From assembly GCA_963708135.1 (NCBI GenBank), contig OY970192.1:3072001-3136000 (forward strand): DNA of 64,000 nt, read 5' to 3'. The notes under the pieces are model-generated. The model did no database searches and was not told the origin of the DNA. It worked only from the letters and a program-made list of their open reading frames with translations. The translations under genes and the position numbers were made by a program. Shown in pieces: positions 36,063 through 45,420 of the stretch. Each line of letters begins with the position of its first letter. Within the stretch, counting starts at the first letter, position 1. The DNA is from an uncultured Gemmatimonadales bacterium. Its GTDB lineage: Bacteria > Gemmatimonadota > Gemmatimonadetes > Longimicrobiales > RSA9.

Positions 36063-37376
36063 GTGCTCTTCGGTTGCACGCGCGGGCACGCGGCGGAGGC
36101 GAGGATCGGATTGAACCCCCACCCGGGCCGCCTCATCCGCCCGGCCATCCGGCCGCTCTCGCCCATGGCCACACTCGGCCGCGCGCTCTTTTCCGATCCC
36201 CGGCTCTCGCGCTCCGGCGCGCTCTCCTGCGCCTCCTGCCACAGCCCCGATCACGCCTACGGACCGCCCGACGGTCGCGCGGTGCAGGCAGGAGGACCGG
36301 CTCTCCGCCGGCAGGGCGCCCGCGCCGTGCCCAGCCTGCGCTACCTCGACCGGGTGCCGGCCTTCTCGATCGGGCCGGAAGCGGCGGACGCGGAGGGGAT
36401 GAGCGCGCCCGCGGCCGGCGCGGGAGGGTTCTTCGCCGCACCGACGCGAGGAGCCAGCGCCGGTGGCACCAGGGGCGGCCCCGCAGCGAGACCCAGGAAG
36501 ACCGCCGGTTCCCCGCCCGCCGCCCCTCCGGCGATTCCCCGCGGCGGCCTCTTCTGGGACGGCCGCGCGGGCACGCTGCAGGCGCAGACGCTCGGGCCGC
36601 TGTTCAGCCCGGTCGAGATGGCGAACGCCGACACGGCCGCGCTCGCGGCGCGGCTCCGCGCGCTCTACGGTCAGGCGCTCGCCCGACTGGTCGGCGGACA
36701 GACCCTCGCGAGCCCGCGGCGGCTCCTGGACGAAGCGATGTTCGCGGTGGCGCGCTTCGAGCTGGAGGACGCGGCGTTCCACCCGTACTCGAGCAAGTAC
36801 GACACGTACCTGGAGGGGAAGGCCCGCCTCACGCCCGCGGAGGCGCGCGGGCTCGCGCTGTTCGAGGACCCGCGGAAGGGCAACTGCGCGGCCTGCCATA
36901 CCTCACGGTCCGGTCCGGATGGCCGGCCGCCGACCTTCAGCGACTACGAGTACGAGGCGCTCGGCGTGCCGCGGAACGATTCGCTGCCGGCCAACCGCGA
37001 CGCGGGCCACTTCGACCTCGGCCTGTGCGGCCCGTTCCGGACCGACCTCGCGCACGAGACGCGCTACTGCGGCATGTTCCGCACACCGTCGCTGCGCAAC
37101 GTGGCCACGCGGCGGGTGTTCTTCCACAATGGCGTCTACCACACCCTCGAGCGGGTGCTCGAGTTCTACGCCTTCCGGGAAGGCGACCCGGGGCGGATCT
37201 ACCCCCGCGGCGCCGATGGCCGCGTCGCGCGCTACGACGATCTGCCGCCCCGCTACCGCGGCAACGTGGACACGCTCGATGGGCCGTTCGACCGCCCGGC
37301 GGGGGACGGCCCGGCCCTGTCTCCGGGCGAGATCCGGGACATCATCGCGTTTCTCGGGGCGCTGACGGACCGGTAG
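36063..37376 (+). CDS. Di-heme cytochrome c peroxidase/MauG family protein (start uncertain)
   Basis: CASCH and CAACH heme motifs, FWDGRA, FRTPSLRNV. Confidence 0.9.
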   Translation: MLFGCTRGHAAEARIGLNPHPGRLIRPAIRPLSPMATLGRALFSDPRLSRSGALSCASCHSPDHAYGPPDGRAVQAGGPALRRQGARAVPSLRYLDRVPAFSIGPEAADAEGMSAPAAGAGGFFAAPTRGASAGGTRGGPAARPRKTAGSPPAAPPAIPRGGLFWDGRAGTLQAQTLGPLFSPVEMANADTAALAARLRALYGQALARLVGGQTLASPRRLLDEAMFAVARFELEDAAFHPYSSKYDTYLEGKARLTPAEARGLALFEDPRKGNCAACHTSRSGPDGRPPTFSDYEYEALGVPRNDSLPANRDAGHFDLGLCGPFRTDLAHETRYCGMFRTPSLRNVATRRVFFHNGVYHTLERVLEFYAFREGDPGRIYPRGADGRVARYDDLPPRYRGNVDTLDGPFDRPAGDGPALSPGEIRDIIAFLGALTDR

Positions 37377-37413
37377 CCGCCGGGCGCGCGCAGGGGGACG
37401 GGCGCGCCGACGG

Positions 37414-37890
37414 GCCAGACCGTCGGACGTGGCCGGGAAGGTTCGGCGATCCTGTGCGCCCGGCGCACACAAGAGCCAAACCGTCGGACGTGGCCGGAAG
37501 CTTCGGCGATCCTGTGCGCCCGGCGCACACAAGAGCCAGACCGTCGGACCGGGACCGGAGCCCTCGGCGATTAGTTGCGCCGGGCGGACACAAGAGCCAG
37601 ACCGTCGGACCGGGACCGGAGCCCTCGGCGTTTGCGTGCGCCCGGCGCACACAAGAGCCAGACCGTCGGACGTGGCCGGGAAGGTCCGGCGATTATGTGC
37701 GCCTGGCTCACACAAGAGCCAGACCGGCGGACGTGGCCGGGACGATTCGGCGATCCTGTGCGCCCGGCGCACACAAGAGCCAGACCGTCGGACGTTGGCC
37801 GGGAAGATTCGGCGATCCTGTGCGCCCGGCGCACACAAGAGCCAAACCGTCGGACGTGGCCGGGAAGATTCGGCGATCCTGTGCGCCCCG
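37414..37890 (+). repeat. About 61-bp tandem repeat, 8 copies, with internal hairpins
   Basis: Recurring CACAAGAGCCAGACCGTCGGAC and TGTGCGCCCGGCGCACA. Confidence 0.9.
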
Positions 37891-38257
37891 GCTCACTCGA
37901 GAGAGATCTCGAGCCCGTACAGGGGCAGCGGCGGGCGGGCCCGGGGCAGCGGCGGGCGGGACGCGGGGGCCACGTGCTGCGGCGGGAGCGGCCCGTCCGG
38001 GCGGGGCGGCCGCGGTTCGCGTCCGCGCCGCTCGGTGTGCGACCTGCGGGCGTCCGCCGCGGCCCGACGGCAAGACCGGAGTTCGTGCCGTTATTCGCCC
38101 TCCTGTCCGCTCCCGTTCCTCCGCGCGCCCCCTGCGAACGGCGTTGCAGGCCCTCAGCGCCCTCTACCGCCGGGGGCCCGCGGCCCGCAACGCTCGCGGA
38201 GCTCGGGGAGCTGGTGCTCGCCCTCACCCGGGCGCGCGCACGCCGCGCGGGCGAGAC

Positions 38258-38345
38258 ACCCTCCCCACGCGGCCAAGCAGGCACCCTCCCCACGCGGCCA
38301 AGCAGGCACGCTCCCCACGCGGCCGAGCAGGCACCGTCCCCACCC
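38258..38345 (+). repeat. 25-bp tandem repeat, about 3.5 copies
   Basis: CCCTCCCCACGCGGCCAAGCAGGCA units. Confidence 0.8.
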
Positions 38346-38383
38346 GGTACGTCTTCGTTCGTGCCCGCCCGCGGGGCCGATGG

Positions 38384-39973
38384 TCAGACCACCACCTCCG
38401 GCTCCATCCCCGCGGGCAGCCCCGCCTCCTCTCGCTCGACCAGGTAGTCCTCCGGCGCCGTCTCGTCGGCGCCGCGCTCCGCCCCGAGGAGGTCCAGCAG
38501 CAGCGTGGCGGCCAGCACGACCGCGATGTTCAGGATCACCGAGTAGAACGCCGCGTAGCCGGGGATGGTCACGGCGCCGATGTGCAGCGGGTAGATCGAG
38601 CTCTGGAATCCCTGCGCGGCGGCCATGGCGGTGCCGGTCACGATGCCGACCAGCCAGCCGGCGGTGAGCGCCCGGGCGTGGAACCAGCGTGTGAAGAGGC
38701 CGCCGACGAGCGCGGGCAGGGTCTGGATGATCCACACGCCGCCGAGCAGCTGGAGCTGGATGGCGTACTTCGTGGGCAGGACGATGATGAAGGCGAGCGC
38801 GCCCAGCTTCAGCACGAGCGAGATGTTCTTGGCGGCGCGGGCCTCCGCGGCGCCGTCCAGCGAGCGGTTGAACCAGTCGCGGTAGATGTTGCGCGTGAAG
38901 AGGTTCGCGGAGGCGATGGACATGATGGCGGCTGGCACCAGCGCGCCGATGGCGACGGCGGCGAACGCCACGCCCACGAACCAGCTCGGGAACTGGTCGA
39001 GGAAGAGCGCCGGCACGGCGAAGTTCGGGCCGTAGCGCTCGAAGTACGGTGCGTAGGCCGGGTTCGCATCGACGTGCGCGGCGAAGGCCATGTAGCCGAG
39101 CAGCGCAATCAGCGCGAGCACCACCGAGTAGGCGGGCAGGAGCGACATGTTGCGCTTGATCACGCGCCGGCTGCTGGCGCTGAGCACGCCCGTCACCGCG
39201 TGCGGGTAGAGGAACAGGGCGAGCGCGGAGCCGAGGGCGAGCGTGGTGTAGGCGCTGAAGCTGCCCAGGCTGCCGGCCGCGGGCGGCGCGAGCAGCAGCT
39301 TGTCGCGCGGGATGGCGTCGAAGATGGCGCCGTAGCCGCCCAGGTGCGCGGGGATCACGATCACGGCGGCGATCACGGTGATGTAGATGAGCACGTCCTT
39401 GACGAGCGCGATGAGCGCGGGCGCGCGCAGCCCCGAGCTGTACGTGTACGCCGCGAGGATCGCGAAGGCGATGATCAGCGGGGCGTCGCCGGCGAGGCCC
39501 GTGGCGTGGAAGCCGAGGCCGGCGATGACGACCTCGATGCCGACGAGCTGGAGCGCGATGTAGGGCAGCGTCGCCACCATGCCCGTGATCGCGACGGCCA
39601 GCGCGAGCGTGGGGCTGCCGAAGCGGCCGGTTACGAAGTCGGAGGCGGTGATGTAGCCGTGGCGGTGCGAGACGGACCACAGGCGGGGGAAGACCAGGAA
39701 CACGAACGGGTAGACGAGCAGCGTGTACGGCACCGCGAAGAAGCCGATCGCGCCCGCGCCGAAGACGAGCGCCGGCACGGCGATCAGCGTGTAGGCTGTG
39801 TAGAGGTCGCCGCCGAGCAGGAACCAGGTCACGACCGTGCCGAAGCGGCGCCCCGCGAGCCCCCACTCGTCCAGCCGGTTCAGGTCGCCGCGGCGCCACC
39901 GGGCGGCCACGAAGCCGAGCACGGTGACGAGCGCGAAGAGCAGGACGAAGACCGTCGTCGCCATCCAGTTCAT
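38384..39973 (-). CDS. Sodium:solute symporter (MctP-like monocarboxylate permease)
   Basis: EWGLAGRRFG..WFLLGGDLYTAYT; multi-TM. Confidence 0.9.
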   Translation of the reverse strand: MNWMATTVFVLLFALVTVLGFVAARWRRGDLNRLDEWGLAGRRFGTVVTWFLLGGDLYTAYTLIAVPALVFGAGAIGFFAVPYTLLVYPFVFLVFPRLWSVSHRHGYITASDFVTGRFGSPTLALAVAITGMVATLPYIALQLVGIEVVIAGLGFHATGLAGDAPLIIAFAILAAYTYSSGLRAPALIALVKDVLIYITVIAAVIVIPAHLGGYGAIFDAIPRDKLLLAPPAAGSLGSFSAYTTLALGSALALFLYPHAVTGVLSASSRRVIKRNMSLLPAYSVVLALIALLGYMAFAAHVDANPAYAPYFERYGPNFAVPALFLDQFPSWFVGVAFAAVAIGALVPAAIMSIASANLFTRNIYRDWFNRSLDGAAEARAAKNISLVLKLGALAFIIVLPTKYAIQLQLLGGVWIIQTLPALVGGLFTRWFHARALTAGWLVGIVTGTAMAAAQGFQSSIYPLHIGAVTIPGYAAFYSVILNIAVVLAATLLLDLLGAERGADETAPEDYLVEREEAGLPAGMEPEVVV

Positions 39974-39982
39974 GGCGGCCCC

Positions 39983-40192
39983 CTACACGCCCAGCCGGAA
40001 GGCGACGGCGGTCGCCAGCGCGGCCACCGCGATCCACACCACCTGGAACCAGTAGAAGAACGGCACGCCGCCGATGCTCGGCTCGATGCGGTCGTAGAGC
40101 GGCACCCAGAGGGCGACCGCCGCGGTGGCCAGGAATGAGGCGTAGACCAGCCAGCGCTGCCAGCGGGCGGGCGTTCGGGACGGGGATGGCAT
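39983..40192 (-). CDS. DUF3311 small membrane protein
   Basis: VPLYDRIEPSIGGVPFFYWFQ; typical partner of sodium:solute symporters. Confidence 0.85.
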   Translation of the reverse strand: MPSPSRTPARWQRWLVYASFLATAAVALWVPLYDRIEPSIGGVPFFYWFQVVWIAVAALATAVAFRLGV

Positions 40193-40252
40193 GGCGGCTC
40201 CGGGGTTCGGGACTCGGGCTCGGGACCCGGGTTCAGGATGCGGGGGCGGCTC

Positions 40253-42413
40253 TCAGGGCCTCGTCGGCACCTCGGTCCGGCTCTCCAGGTGCGCCTCCAC
40301 GTCGGCGCGGGTCGTCCAGACCGGGCGCATCTTCTTCTCCGACTCGAGCTTCAGCTGGTCGCGGACGTGCGGGGAGCCGGGCTGCGTCGCGTTGCCGTAG
40401 GTCAGGAGCGCGGTGGCGCGCGGCCCCTCGGGCGCGAACTCGATGGCCGCGATCCACGTCTCGCCGACGACGGCCTGCGCCGTCTTCTTCCCCGGCACGG
40501 GCGCGTAGCCGATGACATGGAAGATGCCGAACGGATCGCCGGGCGCGCCGTTGCCCGGGTATTCCCCCAGCCGGTTAACCACGCCGTAGGCGACGTCGAG
40601 CCGGCCGTACCGGCGCTCGACCTTCCGCGCCACGCGGCCGAGCGTCTCCGCCGCCGCGGCCGGATCGGCCAGCCCCGTCGGCGTCGTGGTCGGCGCGTCC
40701 GGGCTCCAGGGCCTGGCGAAGCCGGCCGGATGCGGCGCCCACGGCGGGCCGCGGAACACCTGCTGCGTCCACGCCTCGAAGAGCACCGCGCCACGGCTGT
40801 CCGCGTCCGCCGCCCGGTCCCACGCGGCCAGCACCTCGCCCGCCCGGCGGGTGACGGAGTCGGCCGAGGCCTTCGCGGCGGGAAGCAGCGCCGGGAGCAC
40901 GCGATCGGCGAGGTCCATGTGGTTCGAGTAGCGCATGCGGATGAGATCGTCGTATGTGATGCTCGAGTCGGAGAGCAGCATGTGGAGCCCGCGCTGCTCG
41001 CGCATGTCGAGCCAGTCGGGGGCGAGGTACGGCGGGAAGGCGCGCGGGTCGAGCGCCCGGGGCAGCGTCGCGTACCAGGGCGGCGAGTTCGAGTTCTCGA
41101 TGAAGCCGGCCGGCGGGTCCACGATGCGCGGCATCGAGTCGAAGGGCAGGTAGCCGGCCCACAGGTTGGCGGCCGAGTCGCCGGAGACGGTGCCCTGCCA
41201 GAGCGCGAAGTCGCCGTGCGAGCGGGCGGGCACGCGGCCGGCGTAGAAGTAGAGGATGTGGCCGCCGCGGTCGGCGTAGGAGACGTTGAACATCGGCAGC
41301 CCCATCTCGTGCAGCGCCGCCTGGAACGAGGCCAGGTCGTGGGCGCGTCCCATGTCCCACCATTCCTCGAGGGCGCTGTCGGCGCCGAGCCCCGTGGTCC
41401 GCACGGCGATGGCCAGCGTGTCGTTCCGGAAGATGACCGGCCCCTGGATGGCGCCGCGGAGCACCAGCGGCTCGACGCGCAGCCTTCCGTTCGCGCCCTT
41501 GATCCGCATCGTGTCCGCCCGCACCTCGAAGGCGCGCACGCCGCCCTGCCAGCGGTAGCCGCCGGACACGAGGTGCAGCGCGTAGGTGTCGAGCGCGTCG
41601 ATGGTGTTCACGGTGTGGGACCAGCCGAGATCGCGGTTGAAGCCGATCGCGATCTCGGGCAGGCCGATCAGCGTCACGCCGTAGACCTCGCCGCCGGGCG
41701 AGGCGAGCTGTGCCTCGGTGAAGTGCATGAGCGGCGGGTCCCACGGCAGGTGCGGGTTCTGGAGCAGCATGGCGTGGCCGCTCGCGGAGCGGCTCGCGCC
41801 GATCGCCCAGGTGTTGGAGCCCGCGCCGCCCGGCCCCGGCGGTGCGCGCGGCCGCTCGGGCGGCAGGCCCGCGAGGCCCACCAGCGGGGGCTGGTTCCCG
41901 GTCGCGGCGACGAACGTGAAGAGCGCGCGGTCGCCGTGGGCGAGCACGTCGCCTGCCGTGACCGGCAGCACTACCCGGAGCGAGTCGGCGATGCGCTCCG
42001 GGTGCTCCCGCGCGTAGTCGTTGAACCCGTCCGCGAACGCCTGGACGTAGCCGCGGAGCGGCGCCGGCAGGCCGGCGGCCTGCCTCCGGCCGAGCGCGGG
42101 GAGGTCGAGCGCGCGCACGAGCCGGTCGGACGCCGCGTAGCGCTCGCCCCAGTACTCGGCGGCCCGGCCGCGCGCCAGGGCGTAGAGCTGGAGGATCGCG
42201 TCCGCATGGCCCCGCGCCTGCGCCCAGCCGAAGGCGTAGCCCATTCTCGTCGTCGCTGCGGGCGTAGATGTGCGGCACGCCCCAGGTATCCCAGAGGATC
42301 TCGGTGCGGCGGAGCGGCGTCTGCGCGCAGGCGCGGTCGGCCGCCGCGGAGAGGGCGAGCGCGGCGAGCACGAGGAGCGGAAGGGCGCGGCGGCCGCGCG
42401 GACCTGAGGCCAC
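40253..42413 (-). CDS. Penicillin acylase / Ntn-hydrolase (S45), with one frameshift near 42248
   Basis: ILWDTWGVPHIYA in one frame, GYAFGWAQA and GSNTWAI..QNPHLPW in another. Confidence 0.85.
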
Positions 42414-42607
42414 GGTCTCTCCTTCGAGCGGGGCGGATGGCCGGCCGGTCGGGCCGGATCGGTGGAGAACGGGCCAATAAGTGCGCCCGGCGGGGGCAGC
42501 CGCGCAAGGGCGGCAGGGCGGCCGGACGACTTCATTGCGCCCATCGCGCGCGCCGGCCTACCTTTCACGCTCCCCTCGCGCGTCCTCCCCCATCCCGAGG
42601 ATCGCAG

Positions 42608-44911
42608 ATGGCCACCGCTCCACAGAATCCTGGCAGCCGTGCCGGCCCGCCGCCCGAGGCGCCGGCCACCGGGCCGGATCCCCGCTTCGCCTCGAACGCG
42701 CCGCCGAACCCGCCGCCCAACGCGCCTCACGGCGACGCCGCCGGTGAGGCTCCGCCGATGGGTCCGGCCCGGATGAGCAAGCTCCAGGAGCCGCCGGGAT
42801 CCTACCAGAACGCGCCGCCCCGCGAGTTCGCGCAGGAGGCGGTGCAGGAGCAGGCGAAGGCGCAGGACGAGGTGACGGCTTCGGTCGCCGGGTTCCCGCC
42901 GACGGAGTCGGTGCGGGGCGCCGAGCGTTCGCTCGCGCTGGAGGGCCCCGTCAGCGCCTGGCGCGTCGTGCGCGAGCTCCTGGAGGCGCATCGCGAGTAC
43001 GGCGGCGGCCTGGCGGAGCGGGTCCTCGGCCTCACGGCCACGGAACGGTTCACCGTCGAACGTCCGGCATCGGAGTGGATCGACGCGGCGCGGGCGCTGC
43101 TCCGGCCGAACGCCCGCAGCGCGGCCGGAGACGTGATCCCGCTGCACGGCCGCCTGCTCATCGTCTGCCTGGCCCGCCTGGACCAGGAGCTGGGCGCCAT
43201 CCTCGCCGCCAGCGGGTTTCTCGCCGCCGTGGAGGGCGAGATCGAGGAGCCCTTCGAGACGCTGCTGCGCCCCGCCAGCGAACGGGCGAACGCCGTGCCG
43301 CCCGACCCCGCGCCGCTGCATCTGGACGATCCGGCCTCGACCGACCGGCTGGGCCGGCGCGGCTTCGCGCGCGGGCTGGCGTTTCGGCTGAACCGGATCT
43401 GGGCGGACAACGTGCAGTCGCCGCGCTCGAGCAGCTTCATCCTGCACCTGCACGGGCCGTGGGGCGCGGGCAAGACGTCGCTGCTGAACCTGCTCAGGGA
43501 GGAGCTCCAGTCCGGCATGAAGCGGGACGGCGGCGCGGCGGAGGGCGAGGGCGGCGCGCGCGAGGGCGGGAACGGCGGCGGCTGGATCGTCATCGACTTC
43601 AACGCCTGGAAGAACCAGCGGCTCGACCCGCCGTGGTGGCCGCTGCTCGAGGCGGTGTACCGGCAGAGCCGCATGCAGCTGGCCGCGTACGGCGACCGGC
43701 GGCGTGCGTGGCGGCTGCGCGCCCGGGAATGGGCGTGGCGGCTGGCCGTGGGCCGGCGCGAGCTGCTCATCACGCTGGCGGTGTTCGTGCCCGCCGCCGC
43801 CGCCGTCTACTGGCTGCTGGTCTCGGTCTCGCGCGGCGTGGGGCTGCCCGGCATGGCGAAGAACGCGGACAGCATCGGGAAGGTGATCGGCCTCGTGGGC
43901 GCGGTCGTCACGGCGCTGGTGCCGTTCGCGCGGGCGCTCTTCGCCGGCTCGGCCCGCTCGGCGCAGTCGTTCGTGGACTCCGCCAACGACCCGCTCACGC
44001 GCGTGGCACTGCACTTCGACGGGATCCTGCGCACGGTCGAGCGGCCGGTGGCGATCGTGATCGACGACCTCGACCGCTGCCAGCGCGGCTACGTGGTGAC
44101 GCTGCTCGAGGGGATCCAGACGCTGTTCAGCAGCTCGCGCGCCGTCTACGTCGTGGCCGCGGACCGGCGCTGGCTCGACACCTCCTTCGAGAAGGCCTAC
44201 AGCGAGTTCTCCGACACGGTGGTCGAGCCCGGCCGCCGGCTAGGCTCGCTGTTCCTCGAGAAGTGCTTCCAGCTCTCCGTCTCCATGCCGCGCATCTCGG
44301 ACGAGCTCAAGCACCGCTACTGGGACTTCCTCATCCGCGGCGCGCCGGCCGAAACGCGCGAGAGCATCGCGGAGGTCGAGAGCCGGGTGCGCCGGGAGAT
44401 GAGCGCCGGCGACGGCTTCGAGGACGTACTCTCCCGCGCCGCCGCCCCCGAGGCCGACCCGCTCGTCCGGCAGATGCGGCGCGAGGTCGCCGTCGAGCTG
44501 CTCGCCAACGTGGAGGTCGAGCGGGGGACCGAGGCGTTCCTCGCCCCGTTCGCGCCGCTCGTCGGGGCGAATCCGCGCTCGATGAAGCGCTTCGTGAACG
44601 CCTACGCGGTGCACCGCGACCTGGCGATCCTGGCGGGCGTGGACCTGCGCGACGCCGGACGCCGGAAGCAGCTCGCGCTCTGGACCATCGTCGCGCTCCA
44701 GTGGCCCGCGCTGCAGGACTACTTCATGGAGCGGCTGGACGGCGGCGCGCCGCCGGTCACGGACGACGTGCGCGCGCTGAACTCCTCGCCCGAGGTCCAG
44801 CGCGTGCTGAACGGCAATGCGCCGGGCGTGGGCGTGGCGCTCGACATGGAGGCCGTCGGCGCGTTCGCCGAGCTGCGGACGACCGCGTCCAGCGTCAGCA
44901 CGGTGGCGTGA
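42608..44911 (+). CDS. KAP-family P-loop NTPase
   Basis: GPWGAGKTS, FNAWK, two TM segments, IDDLDRC, FLEK, NPRSMKRFVN. Confidence 0.88.
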   Translation: MATAPQNPGSRAGPPPEAPATGPDPRFASNAPPNPPPNAPHGDAAGEAPPMGPARMSKLQEPPGSYQNAPPREFAQEAVQEQAKAQDEVTASVAGFPPTESVRGAERSLALEGPVSAWRVVRELLEAHREYGGGLAERVLGLTATERFTVERPASEWIDAARALLRPNARSAAGDVIPLHGRLLIVCLARLDQELGAILAASGFLAAVEGEIEEPFETLLRPASERANAVPPDPAPLHLDDPASTDRLGRRGFARGLAFRLNRIWADNVQSPRSSSFILHLHGPWGAGKTSLLNLLREELQSGMKRDGGAAEGEGGAREGGNGGGWIVIDFNAWKNQRLDPPWWPLLEAVYRQSRMQLAAYGDRRRAWRLRAREWAWRLAVGRRELLITLAVFVPAAAAVYWLLVSVSRGVGLPGMAKNADSIGKVIGLVGAVVTALVPFARALFAGSARSAQSFVDSANDPLTRVALHFDGILRTVERPVAIVIDDLDRCQRGYVVTLLEGIQTLFSSSRAVYVVAADRRWLDTSFEKAYSEFSDTVVEPGRRLGSLFLEKCFQLSVSMPRISDELKHRYWDFLIRGAPAETRESIAEVESRVRREMSAGDGFEDVLSRAAAPEADPLVRQMRREVAVELLANVEVERGTEAFLAPFAPLVGANPRSMKRFVNAYAVHRDLAILAGVDLRDAGRRKQLALWTIVALQWPALQDYFMERLDGGAPPVTDDVRALNSSPEVQRVLNGNAPGVGVALDMEAVGAFAELRTTASSVSTVA

Positions 44912-44938
44912 ACCCGGGCGGAGCCTGCGCCGCGCGGC

Positions 44939-45420
44939 CTACAGCCCTTCGGCGAGAGTCCCCTGACAGGCGCCCGGCCACCCCTCCTGGCATGCTATGG
45001 CGTAGAGCCGGGTCGGCCGGCGCTCGCGCAGGGGCGGCTTGGTTCCGCGCAGCACGATGGGCAGGTCGGCCACGAGGGGCGCCGAGCGGACGAGCCGGTC
45101 GGGGGCCGGCGCCGGCGTGGCGACGTTGTGGCAGGCGGTCGGGAACCCCAGCTCGCAGCCGTGCGAGAAGAGCTCGCCGGCGGATCCGCCGCTGCGCACG
45201 GCCGCCACGCCGGCCTCGTTGCACGCCCAGCCCGAGCCGTTCTCGCAGTAGGTGAGGGTGAGATGGCCCGCGTAGCGGCACGCGCGCTCGCTCCCCTCGT
45301 GGCACGCGTGGGCCCAGAAGGGCAGGTACTGGCCGGGGTGGTGGTCGCCCAGAGCGCGGGCACCGACGAGGGTGAAGAACACCGCGACCCAGACGCCGGC
45401 AAACGCGACGCCGCCGAAGG
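44939..45420 (-). pseudogene. C-terminal fragment of a membrane protein with Cys-rich Sel1-like repeats
   Basis: ACHEGSERAC, CENGSGWAC, GCELGFPTAC; no credible start codon. Confidence 0.5.

Noticed and set aside
37414..37890. CRISPR array
   Set aside because: The intervening segments are homologous to each other rather than unique spacers, and there are no cas genes
36008..44911. Very long alternative-frame ORFs (36008-40138, 40238-44911 N-terminal part, 40253-44014 N-terminal part, 54851-58141)
   Set aside because: These are Arg/Ala/Pro-rich shadow frames of high-GC DNA overlapping genes with clear family motifs
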